64,000 nt of DNA, from contig JAPDFW010000072.1 of the NCBI GenBank assembly GCA_028826165.1, positions 1 through 64,000 of the forward strand. Direction: 5' to 3'. Of this stretch, positions 39,984 through 51,456 are shown one piece after another. Below the pieces are notes generated by a model. That model saw nothing but the letters and a program-made list of their open reading frames with translations, had not been told where the DNA came from and searched no databases. The stretch is from Anaeramoeba ignava BMAN. Its lineage: Eukaryota > Protista > Anaeramoebae. The position numbers and the translations under genes are program-made. Positions within the stretch are counted from its first letter, which is position 1, and each line of letters opens with the position of its first letter.

Positions 39984-40174
39984 GTTTTTGTGTATTTTTG
40001 TATTTTTGTGTTTTTGTGTTTTTGTGTTTTTGTGTTTTTGTGTTTTTGTGTTTTTGTGTTTTTGTGTTTTTGTGTTTTTGTGTTTTTGTGTTTTTGTGTT
40101 TTTGTATTTTTGTGTTTTTGTGTTTTTGTGTTTTTGTGTTTTTGTGTTTTTGTGTTTTTGTGTTTTTGTGTTTT
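39984..40174. repeat. (TGTTTTTG)n octamer array in the 270-bp divergent intergenic region between BTB-ARM and RCC1-BTB
   Basis: Directly visible; it creates the false FCVFVFLC N-terminal extension in the ORF track. Confidence 0.9.
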
Positions 40175-40241
40175 TAAAATTTTAAAAAAAAAAAGGAAAA
40201 AAAATGAAAAAAAAAAAGAATTTCATTTTTTTTTTTGCTTT

Positions 40242-42119
40242 ATGAAAAATTTATTTAAACAACAAAAAATAAATAATATACTATTTTTTGGAGCAAATGA
40301 AATACCAAAAATTTTAAAAAATCAACCAAATAAAATTTTTAAACCAACTCAATTTAAATTTGAAAATGAAAATGAAAATGAAAATGAAAATCAAAATCAA
40401 AATGAAAATCAAAATGAAAATGAAAAAAAAATAAAACAAATTGTTTCAGGTTATTATGGAACAATTTTCCTTTTTGAAAATGGGAAAGCAATCCAATTCA
40501 AATCAAAACCTTTAAAAATTGAAATTGAAATTGAAAATATTCAAAAAGTAACTGTTGGTTCTGGAAATGCAGCCGTTTTAACTTCAGAAAGAAATGTATT
40601 TGCAAGAGGAGATGATATTTATCCAAAAAATTCAAAAGAATTCAACAACATTTCTGAATTAATTAAAGATCCAAATGACAGAATAATTGAAGATATTATT
40701 TGTGGAATGAGTTCAGTTTATTTGTTAACTTCAAATAAAAATTCTTATGGAATTGGTTTGAATGGATATTCTCAACTTGGTTTTGATTCTGATTCATTTA
40801 ACAAAGTAGAAAAACCAATTTTCTTGATGAAAAATGTTTCCAAAATCTTTACAGGAATTTTTTCAAATTTTGCTCTTTTTTTGAATTCAAATCAAGAATT
40901 ATTTGGTTGCGGTTGGAATGCATATGGTCAACTTGGATTAGATACAAGAACGTTCCAAATCAAAAGTTTCACAAAATTACAAAAAATTCCAAATGGAAAA
41001 ATAATAGATATTCAATGCGGAGAAAGTAATTCAATCATGTTAGTTGAAGAAAAAGCAATACCAAATTCAAAATTTAAACTTTATTCAACTGGAGATTTTA
41101 AATTTAATGGGCTTGGCAAAAATGAAAATACTTATACATTTACTGAAATCACATCATCTTTATTTGAAAACGATGATATCGTTCATTTTTCTGTTGGAAA
41201 TAACCATACTTTGATTTTGACTTCTAATCACAAATTGATAGGTTTCGGATACAATTATTCTGGACAATTAGGAATTGGAGATTCATTAAATATCCCAATT
41301 CCAACTCAAATTGAACTTCATAATTTAATATTTAATGATGATATCCCCAATTACCATATCTGTTCAGGTTATAACTGCTCATATATATATTATTCTCCTC
41401 CTTTTTCTAATCTTGAGATTGATTTGATTCAATTATTCCAAAGAAAAGAATTTTGTGATATTTCATTTAAAACTCAAAATGGAGAAATAATTCAAGCTCA
41501 TAAATTAATTTTACAATTCAGAATAAAAGAAGGATTCTTAGGGAAATTTGAAGAAATGATTTCTCAAAAATCGATTGAAGAATCAAATCAAATATTCGAA
41601 ATGATTTATTCGCAAAATTCCAAAATAAATCCAAAATTATATTCTGAAATCAAAGAATTTTTAAATGATGAAAATTTATCTCAAAATATGAAAAGAATAT
41701 TTGAAAATCAAGATTGCAAAGATTTTATTATTGAAAGAAATGAAAAACAAATCAAATTTCCTAAATTAATATTAATAATGAGAAGTGAATTATATCGAGG
41801 AATGTTTTTATCTGTCAAAAATGATAAATCTAATAAAGTTACAGATGAAAGTGGATTAAGAGATAAAACATTGGAAATATTAGAATATTGGATTTATTCA
41901 AATCAAATTAAAAAAGGGATTAAAATTACAAAAGAAATTATTAAAGAAATTCAAAGAGGAATTGATTATTTTCAATTAAATCAAACAAATCCAAATTTAT
42001 TAGATTTATTAATTAAGGAATTAACCAATCAAAAAGAAAAAGGAAAAGGAAAAGAAAAGAAAAAGGAAAAGAAAAAGAAAAAGAAAAAGGAAAAGGAAAA
42101 GAAAAAGGAAAATGTTTAA
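40242..42119 (+). CDS. RCC1-repeat + tandem BTB/POZ protein
   Basis: RCC1 repeats (IKQIVSGYYGT, GLNGYSQLG, GCGWNAYGQLG, FSVGNNHTLIL..GFGYNYSGQLGIG); BTB CDISFKTQNGEIIQAHKLILQFR and a second BTB LIMRSELYRGMF. Likely start ATG at 40242. Confidence 0.88.
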   Translation: MKNLFKQQKINNILFFGANEIPKILKNQPNKIFKPTQFKFENENENENENQNQNENQNENEKKIKQIVSGYYGTIFLFENGKAIQFKSKPLKIEIEIENIQKVTVGSGNAAVLTSERNVFARGDDIYPKNSKEFNNISELIKDPNDRIIEDIICGMSSVYLLTSNKNSYGIGLNGYSQLGFDSDSFNKVEKPIFLMKNVSKIFTGIFSNFALFLNSNQELFGCGWNAYGQLGLDTRTFQIKSFTKLQKIPNGKIIDIQCGESNSIMLVEEKAIPNSKFKLYSTGDFKFNGLGKNENTYTFTEITSSLFENDDIVHFSVGNNHTLILTSNHKLIGFGYNYSGQLGIGDSLNIPIPTQIELHNLIFNDDIPNYHICSGYNCSYIYYSPPFSNLEIDLIQLFQRKEFCDISFKTQNGEIIQAHKLILQFRIKEGFLGKFEEMISQKSIEESNQIFEMIYSQNSKINPKLYSEIKEFLNDENLSQNMKRIFENQDCKDFIIERNEKQIKFPKLILIMRSELYRGMFLSVKNDKSNKVTDESGLRDKTLEILEYWIYSNQIKKGIKITKEIIKEIQRGIDYFQLNQTNPNLLDLLIKELTNQKEKGKGKEKKKEKKKKKKKEKEKKKENV

Positions 42120-42214
42120 TTTTTTAATTGTTTAATTTTTTAATTTTTTAATTTTGTTTTTTAAATAAAAAAAATTTTTTTTTCATTTTTTTCTTTTCAA
42201 AAATAAAAAAAAAA

Positions 42215-44868
42215 ATGTATAAGCCTTTTCAAATTAATAAACAAAGAAAAATTCAATATTTGCGACATTTGATACAAATTATTGTGATTGTTTTTCTTTA
42301 CAGCAAAATATTTGGGATTAAATCAAGCAGTATAATTGTTCCCTTTCTTCATCCAACACAATCACTTTATTCAACAGCAATAGGAGCATATGATTTACTT
42401 GAGTATTCATTAACATCAGGACTTTTACCAATATTAGCACTTGGTGTTATTTTAACTACAAGTTTAACTGTTGGAAAGCTTTTTTGTGGTTGGGCTTGTC
42501 CTCTTGGGTTTGTTCAAGATCTTATGGCTTATATTCCAATTAAAAAACGTTCTTTTGGAAAAGATATGGAAAAGAATTTTAAGGAATTGAAATATGCAGT
42601 TGTTGTTATTTTCCTTTTTCTTGCTTTTCTTTTTGGATTAAGTTCTCAAGATTATGAAAAAGAGTATAAAAATGTATTTAAATTTTTAATTTTTAATTTT
42701 ATAAATGAATTTTAATTATTTATTTAATTAGCCATTTAGTGATTGCCCTTTTAATGTTATTTCTCCATCTTCAACTTTATTTGCATATATTCCATGGGCA
42801 TTATTTTGGAAACCAACTGTTTTTTTTACTTCTAGTATTTTATTAAAATATTAAATTATTTTGAATTAAATTATTAAATTATTAAATTATTAAATTATTA
42901 AATTATTAAATTATTAAATTATTAAATTATTAAATTATTATGAATAAAAATTATTTTGAATTAAATTATTAAATTATTTTGAATTAAATTATTTTGAATT
43001 AAATTATTAAATTATTAAATTATTAAATTATTAAATTATTAAATTATTAAATTATTAAATTATTAAATTATTAAATTATTAAATTATTAAATTATTTTAA
43101 ATTATTAAATTATTAAATTATTAAATTATTAAAATATTAAATATTAAATTATTAAATTATTAAATATTAAATTATTAAATTATTAAATTATTAAATTATT
43201 AAATTATTAATTATTAAATTATTAAATTATTTTGAATTAAAATATTTTGAATTAAATTATTAAATTATTAAATATTAAATTATTAAATTATTTTTGAATT
43301 AAAATATTAAAATATTAAATTATTAAATTATTAAATTATTAAATTATTTTTGAATTAAAATATTTTGAATTAAATTATTAAAATATTAAATTATTAAATT
43401 ATTTTTGAATTAAATTATTAAATTATTTTTGAATTAAATTATTAAATTATTTTTGAATTAAATTATTAAAATTATTTTGAATTAAATTATTAAATTATTT
43501 TTTGAATTAAATTATTAAATTATTAAATTATTAAATTATTTTGAATTAAAAATATTAAAATATTAAATTATTAAATATTAAATATTAAAATTAAATTATT
43601 AAATTATTAAATTATTAAATTATTAAATTATTATGAATTAAATTATTTTGAATTAAATTATTAAAATATTAAATTATTAAATTATTTGAATTAAATTATT
43701 AAATTATTAAATTATTAAATTATTAAATTATTTTGAATTAAATTATTAAAATTATTAAATTATTTTGAATTAAATTATTAAATTATTAAATTATTAAATT
43801 ATTAAATTATTGAATTAAATTATTAAATTATTAAATTATTAATTTATTAAATTATTATGAATAAAAATTATTTTTGAATTAAATTATTAAATTATTTTGA
43901 ATTAAATTATTTTGAATTAAAATTAAATTATTAAATTATTAAATTATTAAATTATTAAATTATTAAATTATTAAATTATTAAAAAATTAAATTATTTTGA
44001 ATTAAATTAAATTATTAAATTATTAAATTAAATATTAAATATTAAATTATTAAATATTAAATTATTAAATTATTAAATTATTATGAATTAAATTATTAAA
44101 TTATTTTGAATTAAATTAAATTAGTTTGAAAATTAAATTATTAAATTATTTTGAATTAATTTATTAAATATTAAATTATTAAATATTAAAATTATTAAAT
44201 TATTAAATTATTAAATATTAAATATTAAAATTATTAAATATTAAATTATTTTTAAATTATTAAATTATTTTAAATTATTAAATTATTTTAAATTATTAAA
44301 TTATTAAATTATTAAATTATTAAATTATTTTGAATTAAAATATTAAATTATTATGAATAAAAATTATTTTGAATTAAATTATTAAATTATTAAAATATTA
44401 AATTATTAAATTATTATGAATTAAATTATTAAATTATTTTGAATTAAATTATTAAATTATTAAATATTAAATATTAAAATTATTTTGAATTAAATTATTG
44501 AATTATTAAATTATTATGAATTAAATTATTAAATTATTTTGAATTATTTTATTAAATTAAAAGTACTTGCTTGGATTAAAATTGCATTACTTCTTGCAAC
44601 ACTCATTTCATCTACAATTTATCCAAGATTCTTTTGCAGATATGTTTGTCCTTTAGGAACTATTCTTGGAATTCCAAGTGATTATAAGTTTTTAAAAATC
44701 AAAATTAAATCCAAAAGAACTGAAGATATTAATTCAATGCTTAATAGAGTTTGTCCAATGAAAGTTTCTATTGAAAGAAATTCATCATATATTAATAGTT
44801 CATCTTGCATTCATTGCGGTAATTGCATTGCAGAAATGCCTAATGATTTAAAACAAGAATTTTTTTAA
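42215..44868 (+). CDS. NapH/MauN/YccM-type (Fer4_5) membrane-bound 4Fe-4S protein, 3 exons (42215-42673, 42732-42834, 44564-44868)
   Basis: Two CxxxCP motifs after TM helices (GKLFCGWACPLGFVQD; PRFFCRYVCPLG) and a C-terminal ferredoxin region (RVCPM..CIHCGNC). Exons join in frame through GT-AG introns. Confidence 0.85.
42845..44560. repeat. 9-bp (AAATTATTA)n repeat with TTTTGAATT variants filling intron 2 of the Fe-S protein gene
   Basis: Directly visible. Confidence 0.95.
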
Positions 44869-45155
44869 AACAATTTTTCTTTCCTTTCTTTTTTTTTTTA
44901 AACAATTTTCCTTTTTTTCATTTTTGATTTTTCATTTTTTTTATAAAAAATGAAATCAAAATTCAAAATTCAAAATTCAAAAAATCAAAATCAAAATCAA
45001 AATACAATTATTTCATTTTTCTTAATAAATCTCATCAATAATAAAAGAAAAGAGAAAAATTTTTTAATTTTTTAATTTAAATTCAAAAAAAAAAAAGTGG
45101 AACAACTTAATAATAAAAAAATTTTTTCTTTCTTTTTTCTTTTTTCTTTTTTTGA

Positions 45156-45960
45156 TTATTTTTTTTGAAATTTTGAATAAATTGGGAAAATTAAAAGTAA
45201 AATCATCAATGATATTAAAAATCCAAAAAGGATTTTATCTTGTAATTTTTTTTTTCTTTTTCTTTTCTTTTTTTTTCTAATTCTTTTTTGATTTTTAAAA
45301 AATTAAATTAAAAAATTAAATTAATTTATTAATTAAAATAAATTAAAAAATTACTTGGAAAATTATTAAAATAATTTCTAGGATTAAATCTTGGATTAAA
45401 TTCTTCAGGAAATAATTCTAATGCTTGATTAGTTTGAGAAAATAAATTAATATTTTGATTTTGGGAATATTTTAATTTTTTATTTGAATCAGAAAGAATT
45501 GAACCAGCGATTACAAGTTCTAATTAATTGATTAAATAATTTAAAAAAAAAAAAGCAAAAAAAATAAATTGAGAATTTTTTTTGACAGTTTTTTTTTAAA
45601 TTAAAAAAAATTATTTAATTTATTTAAATTATTTTTTGTTCTTTTACTTTTAAATGCTCTTTCTGATCCATTTTCTAAACATTTATCTGGATGAATTTTT
45701 TCTCCAATTTTTTTTAAAGAATTTCCAATTTTATTTTCTGAAGAAAATTGATTTTCTTGTAAAATTTCATAAAGAGAATTTTTTTCAAGAATTCTTTTAA
45801 TTTCTTTTTTTTTTTTCAAATTTTTTGTTTCATTTTTTTTTTGATTTGGATTTTCAAATTGATTTAAATTTTTTTCTTTTTGTTCTTTTTGAAAAATTTC
45901 AAAGAGATTTTTTGTTGATTGAAATTCTTGATCAAGAAAATAATTTTGAGTATTAAACAT
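45156..45960 (-). CDS. Small J-domain (DnaJ) protein with a C-terminal TM anchor, 3 exons
   Basis: IKRILEKNSLYEIL..KIHPDKCLENGSERAFK|KLVIAGSILSDSNKKLKY..|NKILFGFLISLMILLLIFPIYSKFQKK*; HPD motif present. The last acceptor is inferred. Confidence 0.7.
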
Positions 45961-46004
45961 TGAAAAAAAAAATGAATTTGAATTTAATTTTTAGATTGTT
46001 TTAA

Positions 46005-46750
46005 ATTAATTTTGATTTCAAAGTCATTTTTGATTAATTTTTATTTTTATTTTTATTCCACTTTTTTTATTTAAATTTAAATTAATTTTAATTTGATTTC
46101 AAAGTCATTTTGAATTATTTTTATTTTTATTTTTATTCCACTTTTTATTTAAATTAAATTTAATTTTAATTTGATTTCAAAGTCATTTTGATTAATTTTA
46201 ATTTTGATTAATTTTTATTTTTATTCCACTTTTTTTATTTAAATTAATTTTAAATTGATTTCAAAGTCATTTTAAATTATTTTAATTTTGATTTTATTCC
46301 ACTTTTTTTATTTAAATTAATTTTAATTTGATTTCAAAGTCATTTTAATTTATTTTTATTTTTATTTTTATTCCACTTTTTTTATTTAAATTTAATTTGA
46401 TTTCAAAGTCATTTTAAATTATTTTAATTTTTATTTTTAATTTTTATTTTTATTCCACTTTTTTTATTTAAATTTAAATTAATTTTAATTTTATTCCAAA
46501 GTCATTTTGATTATTTTTATTTTTATTTTTATTCCACTTTTTTTATTTAAATTAAATTAATTAATTTTAAATTGATTTCAAAGTCATTTTAAATTATTTT
46601 AATTTTGATTTTATTCCACTTTTTTTATTTAAATTAATTTTAATTTGATTTCAAAGTCATTTTAATTTATTTTTATTTTTATTTTTATTCCACTTTTTTT
46701 ATTTAAATTTAAATTAATTTTGATTTTAATTTTGATTTTATTCCACTTTT
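46005..46750. repeat. ~75-90-bp tandem repeat (~9 copies) with conserved TGATTTCAAAGTCA and TTATTCCACTTTT cores
   Basis: Directly visible between the divergent J-domain and ankyrin-BTB genes. Confidence 0.9.
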
Positions 46751-46867
46751 TTTTTTTGGATTTCATTTTAATTTTGATTTGAATTAATTTTTTTTTAAAT
46801 TAATTTTTAATTTTGATTTCATTTTTTTTTTTGGATTTTTGGAAAATCATTTTTTTTCCCTCTTTTC

Positions 46868-49800
46868 ATGAATCTTTTTCAATTAGTTCTTTCTGATGAT
46901 ATTGAAAAAATAAAAAATTTTACAGAAGATGTAAATATAAAAGATAAAGAAGAAAAAACACCATTACATTATAGTTGTGCAAAAAATAATTACGAAATTA
47001 GTTTAATCTTATTAGAAAAAAAAGCAAAATGTCAAATTTATGACAAAGAAAAAAAAACACCTTTTCATGAACTTTTCCAAAACCCACCAAATCAAAAATT
47101 AATAGAATTATTATTAAAATATGGGGCTGATATTAATGCTCAAGATAAAAATGGAAAAATTGCACTTAATTATGCAATTGAAAAAAAATATGATTCAGAA
47201 ATTGTTTCCTTTCTTATTGCAAAAGGAAGCGATATTAAACTCAGAGATAAAAAGGGAAGTAAATTGATTCATCATCTCTGCTCAAAAATGTATGATATAG
47301 AGCTTCTTAAGATGATGCTTTATAACCCAAAACAAATCACTATTTGCGACAGATTTGGAAACACACCTCTTCATATTTCTTGCATGAATTCAAATACCCC
47401 TTATGTAAAATATCTATTGGAAAAAGGTTCCAAAGTTAACGAGCTGAATATTGAGCATAAAACAGCTTTGCATTTAGCTTGCGAGAGTGAGAATCCTCAA
47501 ATGGATATCATATCGTTACTCATAAAGTATAAAGCCAATGCAAACATTCGTGATTCAAAAACAAATCTCCCAATACATTATTTAGTTCGCACAACCCAGA
47601 ACCCTGATACTATCAAATTTCTTCTAGAAAATGAAGCCTATTTAAGCAAAGATAACGAACTTGGAAATATGCTTGTGGATGCTTGTCGATACAATGACAA
47701 CCCACAAATCATCGATTTACTTATAAAAAGAGGTCAATCTTGTGGCAATTTCTCCTTTTTTTATTCCCATTCTCCACTTTTTTGGGCTTGCACAAAACAT
47801 TGCAATCCCAAAATCATCAGAATGCTTCTTGAAAATGGAGCAGATCCTGATTCTCGCACAATAATTGGGAAATCCCCTCTCCAAGCTGCGTGCCAAAATA
47901 GCGCAAACCTTGAGAGCATCAAAACACTTGTGAGTTTTGGAGCAGATCCATTTTCTGTTTTAGCTTCTTCTCACCAAAACGTGATTCATTTTGCTGCTGA
48001 AAATCCTGAAGGGAAAAAAATCATCGAATACCTTATAGAAATTGGGGTTGATCCGCACATCCGCGACTCACAGAACCAAGGCATCTTACATTATATTTCG
48101 GGTCATAGCGGATCTTTGGAGGTTGCACGATTTGCTGTTGAACAACTCCATCTCGATGTAAACGCGATTACAATATCTAATAAAACTCCATTGCATCTTG
48201 CTTGTGAAAAAAATATGAGTAAGGAGCTTATTGATTTCTTGCTTGATTCAAAAGCAGATATTCATATCAAAGACTCCCGAAATTATACTCCTGCTGTTTA
48301 TGAGATTATGGGGTTGCAAAGATTGGATGTTCTCGAAAGATTAATTGATGACAAAGTAAAACAAAATTTCATTGATTCCATCCATTCCAATATTGTTTTC
48401 CCAAGAATTTTCCAGCCACATTACGGGTTTATTAAGGAAGAAGTCGCAAAATATCTTGTGGAGCAATTTGTGGATCTCGGATGGAAAGATAATTACCAAA
48501 AAACCCCTTTGAATTATGCCGTGCGTCATGATACTTCTGTCGATATTCTGAAATTGTTTATTAATGAAAAAGTAGATCTTGGTGCCGAGTTTGTGTTTTT
48601 CCACTCAAGAAACACTGTTCTTTCAGTTGCTTTTAGAAGAATGTGTGATTATGATGTTCTGAAATATTTGATTCGCAGAGAAATTGATCTGAATTTTCTC
48701 GATTCAAGAAATATGAATTACCTCCATCTTGCTTGTAAACATAAAGTGGATGAAGAGATTATTGGTTTATTAATCGATGCAGGAATTGGGATTAATTCTC
48801 TCGATGAGCAAAACCAAACACCGCTTCATCACTATCTTTCCTCAATATCTCAAAAACCAGAAATGAGAATTGTGAGATTTTTGGTTGAGGAAAGAAAAGC
48901 TGATTTGAAACTAATCACTTCACAAAATAATTCAATGCTTCATTGCGCACTTATTGGCTATCCAAATTATGAAATTATTAAATACATTTTGGATCACAAC
49001 GGCAATGATTTAATCAACCAAAAAAATATCTCTCATCAATCCCCATTGCATCTCCTTTGCTACAACAGAAAATTTCTCAGAGACAAAAAGGAGTCAATCA
49101 AAGTCCTTAAGTTGCTTATTGATAACGGAGCCAAAATAAACCAAAAAGACCGCGAACAAAACACACCTCTTCATCTTGTTTGCAAACGGTTAACTCACAT
49201 CTCAATCATTAAATTCCTGATCAAATCAGGAGCGAGAGTGAACCAAACAAATATTAGCAATCAAACCGCGCTTCATTTTGTTGCTTCGTTGACCTCACTT
49301 GCATCAAAGAAGTTAAAACTTCTTTGCGATTCTGGCGCGGAAATTGATATCACAGATTCTTTTGGGAATCTTCCTTTGCATTATTATCTTAAGCAATCAC
49401 CTCTTATTGAGGATGTGAAACTTTTGTGCAACTCAAAAATAATAAATCGCGCAGATAGAACGCAAAGAACTCCCCTGCATATTGCTTGTCAAAGCTTCGC
49501 CAATGCAGATATTCTCGAGTATCTTCTTAATCAGGGAGCTTCTGTTAATGTTCAATGCGCTTTGGGAAAGACACCCTTGTTATACCTTGATTGGACTTTC
49601 ACAAATCCGAACGTTGTAAAGATGTTCCTTAAAGCAGGCGCTAATTTCAATGCGGAAGATAAAGCCAAGGCAACACCATATATGCAATGCATGTCTCAGG
49701 GCGATTTTGAAACTATTAAATTTCTTGATTCTGTTTCTCAAAGAGTCTATCTTCCTTTTCTTGATTCACCCTTTTTTTCTGTTCAGAAAATCAAATTTTT

Positions 49801-51331
49801 AATCCAGTCCAAAATCATTGATTTGAACACAACAATTGATAAGGAGAGTATTTTTTCACATTTTATTCGCAAAGGAATTTTCTTCCGAATTCTTGAGTTT
49901 ACTGGATTTTCAATTAAATCATTTGAACCTTTACCAGATTTAGACTCAGTTTTCCACGAAGCCTTTATTCAAGATTTGCACAATGATTTTTACAAGAAAT
50001 TATTCATACATTTTGGAAAGCAAGATTTGAACCACCCCAACAAATACACACAAACACCACTTCATTTAGCAAGTTCGATAAGCAATAAACTCTCCGTTTA
50101 TGAGCTTCTTATCAAGCACGGATCCGATATCAAAGCGCTTGATAACCGCAAAAGAAATGCTTTACATTATGCCTGCGTTTATAATCTCAATACAAGTGTT
50201 ATCCAATATCTTATCGACTCAGGCTCAGATATTAATGCAGTTGATGATCTCCATAAAACACCCTTGATTTATTGTATTGAATTGAGAAACGAAAGAAATG
50301 CAGATTGTTTACTTTCAAATGGCGCAAAAATTGATTTTCCAAGTGAAAAAACACCACTTCATTTTGCTTGTTTCAATAGAGACTTGAGAATGACTCAAAT
50401 TCTTCTTTGTTACAACTCTCAGATTGATAATTTGCCTATAGAAACTTTTACTAACGAAATAAAAGAAATTTTCCGTTTCCATTTTTCCATTTGCAAAGAT
50501 ATGCTAAATTTATTAGAAAGACAAGAACTCACCGATTTAGTTGTTAAATCTATTGGAGGCGATTTTCAAATTCATAGTCTTATTATCCAAATGAGAATGC
50601 TTCCAAATGTTTTAAGTTTATGGGAAAGAGAAAATCAAATGCAGAAAATTTTGAGAGTTTTATCAAAACATGAAAAAGAAGAAGTGAGAATTTTTCTTGA
50701 ATTTATTTATTCTGGATTAATTTCTAAGACTTCAGTATTAGAATTATTAACAAATCCAAATCCATATTTAAATCAAAATTTAAATTCAAATTCAAATTCA
50801 AATTCAAATCCAAATGAAAATGAAAATGAAAATGAAAATTCAAATCAAAATTCATTTAATTCGCAAAAAAATTTCGAAATTATTAAAAATATTCTCAAAG
50901 AAATTTATCCAAATCCTGAAATTTGGATCGAAAAAAAAAAAGGAAGAAATGGTTTAATCAATGATTTAAAAATTTTATATGAAAAAAATGAATCGAAAAA
51001 TTTCATAATTAATGTTGAAAATGATAACGAAATAAAACCAATTAAAGTTGATAAAATTATTTTAATTGCAAGAAGTGAAGTTTTTAGAGGAATGTTTTTA
51101 AGTGTTGAAGATGATTCAAATCAAGTTAAAGATTACAGTGGAAAATCTTATCAAACGATCCAAAAATTCATTCATTTTTTATATTTAGATGATGTTGATA
51201 TTTCTGATGCAATTTTTGAAGAATTTGAAGATATTATTGATTATTATCAATTAAATGAACAAAGTAGAATGAGAATTTTATTAGATCAACATTATTATAT
51301 TAAATCAAATTTAAATAAGAAAGATAATTGA
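46868..51331 (+). CDS. Large ankyrin-repeat + tandem BTB/POZ protein
   Basis: Numerous TPLH/TALH ankyrin repeats; [33 protein letters not shown] and a second [27 protein letters not shown]; intact 1487-aa ORF. Confidence 0.92.
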   Translation: MNLFQLVLSDDIEKIKNFTEDVNIKDKEEKTPLHYSCAKNNYEISLILLEKKAKCQIYDKEKKTPFHELFQNPPNQKLIELLLKYGADINAQDKNGKIALNYAIEKKYDSEIVSFLIAKGSDIKLRDKKGSKLIHHLCSKMYDIELLKMMLYNPKQITICDRFGNTPLHISCMNSNTPYVKYLLEKGSKVNELNIEHKTALHLACESENPQMDIISLLIKYKANANIRDSKTNLPIHYLVRTTQNPDTIKFLLENEAYLSKDNELGNMLVDACRYNDNPQIIDLLIKRGQSCGNFSFFYSHSPLFWACTKHCNPKIIRMLLENGADPDSRTIIGKSPLQAACQNSANLESIKTLVSFGADPFSVLASSHQNVIHFAAENPEGKKIIEYLIEIGVDPHIRDSQNQGILHYISGHSGSLEVARFAVEQLHLDVNAITISNKTPLHLACEKNMSKELIDFLLDSKADIHIKDSRNYTPAVYEIMGLQRLDVLERLIDDKVKQNFIDSIHSNIVFPRIFQPHYGFIKEEVAKYLVEQFVDLGWKDNYQKTPLNYAVRHDTSVDILKLFINEKVDLGAEFVFFHSRNTVLSVAFRRMCDYDVLKYLIRREIDLNFLDSRNMNYLHLACKHKVDEEIIGLLIDAGIGINSLDEQNQTPLHHYLSSISQKPEMRIVRFLVEERKADLKLITSQNNSMLHCALIGYPNYEIIKYILDHNGNDLINQKNISHQSPLHLLCYNRKFLRDKKESIKVLKLLIDNGAKINQKDREQNTPLHLVCKRLTHISIIKFLIKSGARVNQTNISNQTALHFVASLTSLASKKLKLLCDSGAEIDITDSFGNLPLHYYLKQSPLIEDVKLLCNSKIINRADRTQRTPLHIACQSFANADILEYLLNQGASVNVQCALGKTPLLYLDWTFTNPNVVKMFLKAGANFNAEDKAKATPYMQCMSQGDFETIKFLDSVSQRVYLPFLDSPFFSVQKIKFLIQSKIIDLNTTIDKESIFSHFIRKGIFFRILEFTGFSIKSFEPLPDLDSVFHEAFIQDLHNDFYKKLFIHFGKQDLNHPNKYTQTPLHLASSISNKLSVYELLIKHGSDIKALDNRKRNALHYACVYNLNTSVIQYLIDSGSDINAVDDLHKTPLIYCIELRNERNADCLLSNGAKIDFPSEKTPLHFACFNRDLRMTQILLCYNSQIDNLPIETFTNEIKEIFRFHFSICKDMLNLLERQELTDLVVKSIGGDFQIHSLIIQMRMLPNVLSLWERENQMQKILRVLSKHEKEEVRIFLEFIYSGLISKTSVLELLTNPNPYLNQNLNSNSNSNSNPNENENENENSNQNSFNSQKNFEIIKNILKEIYPNPEIWIEKKKGRNGLINDLKILYEKNESKNFIINVENDNEIKPIKVDKIILIARSEVFRGMFLSVEDDSNQVKDYSGKSYQTIQKFIHFLYLDDVDISDAIFEEFEDIIDYYQLNEQSRMRILLDQHYYIKSNLNKKDN

Positions 51332-51456
51332 AAAGAAAAAAATCAACAAAAAAAAAGTATTTGTTTTTTTTTGTTTTTAATTTAAGATTGATTAAAAAAT
51401 TTTTTTTCATTTTTCTTCTTGTTTTTCATTTTTTTTTTAAAAAGACAAGAAATAAA

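Noticed and set aside
39984-40174. Interstitial telomeric repeat
   Set aside because: TGTTTTTG lacks G-runs and nothing else suggests a chromosome end.
39990-40241. N-terminal 84-aa extension of RCC1-BTB (likewise the 51328 start for clpB)
   Set aside because: Derived from the octamer repeat or AT-rich leader; better ATGs lie at 40242 and 51457.
42215-44868. Bacterial contamination or symbiont DNA
   Set aside because: The gene has two GT-AG introns, one filled with host-type repeat, and is contiguous with eukaryotic genes.
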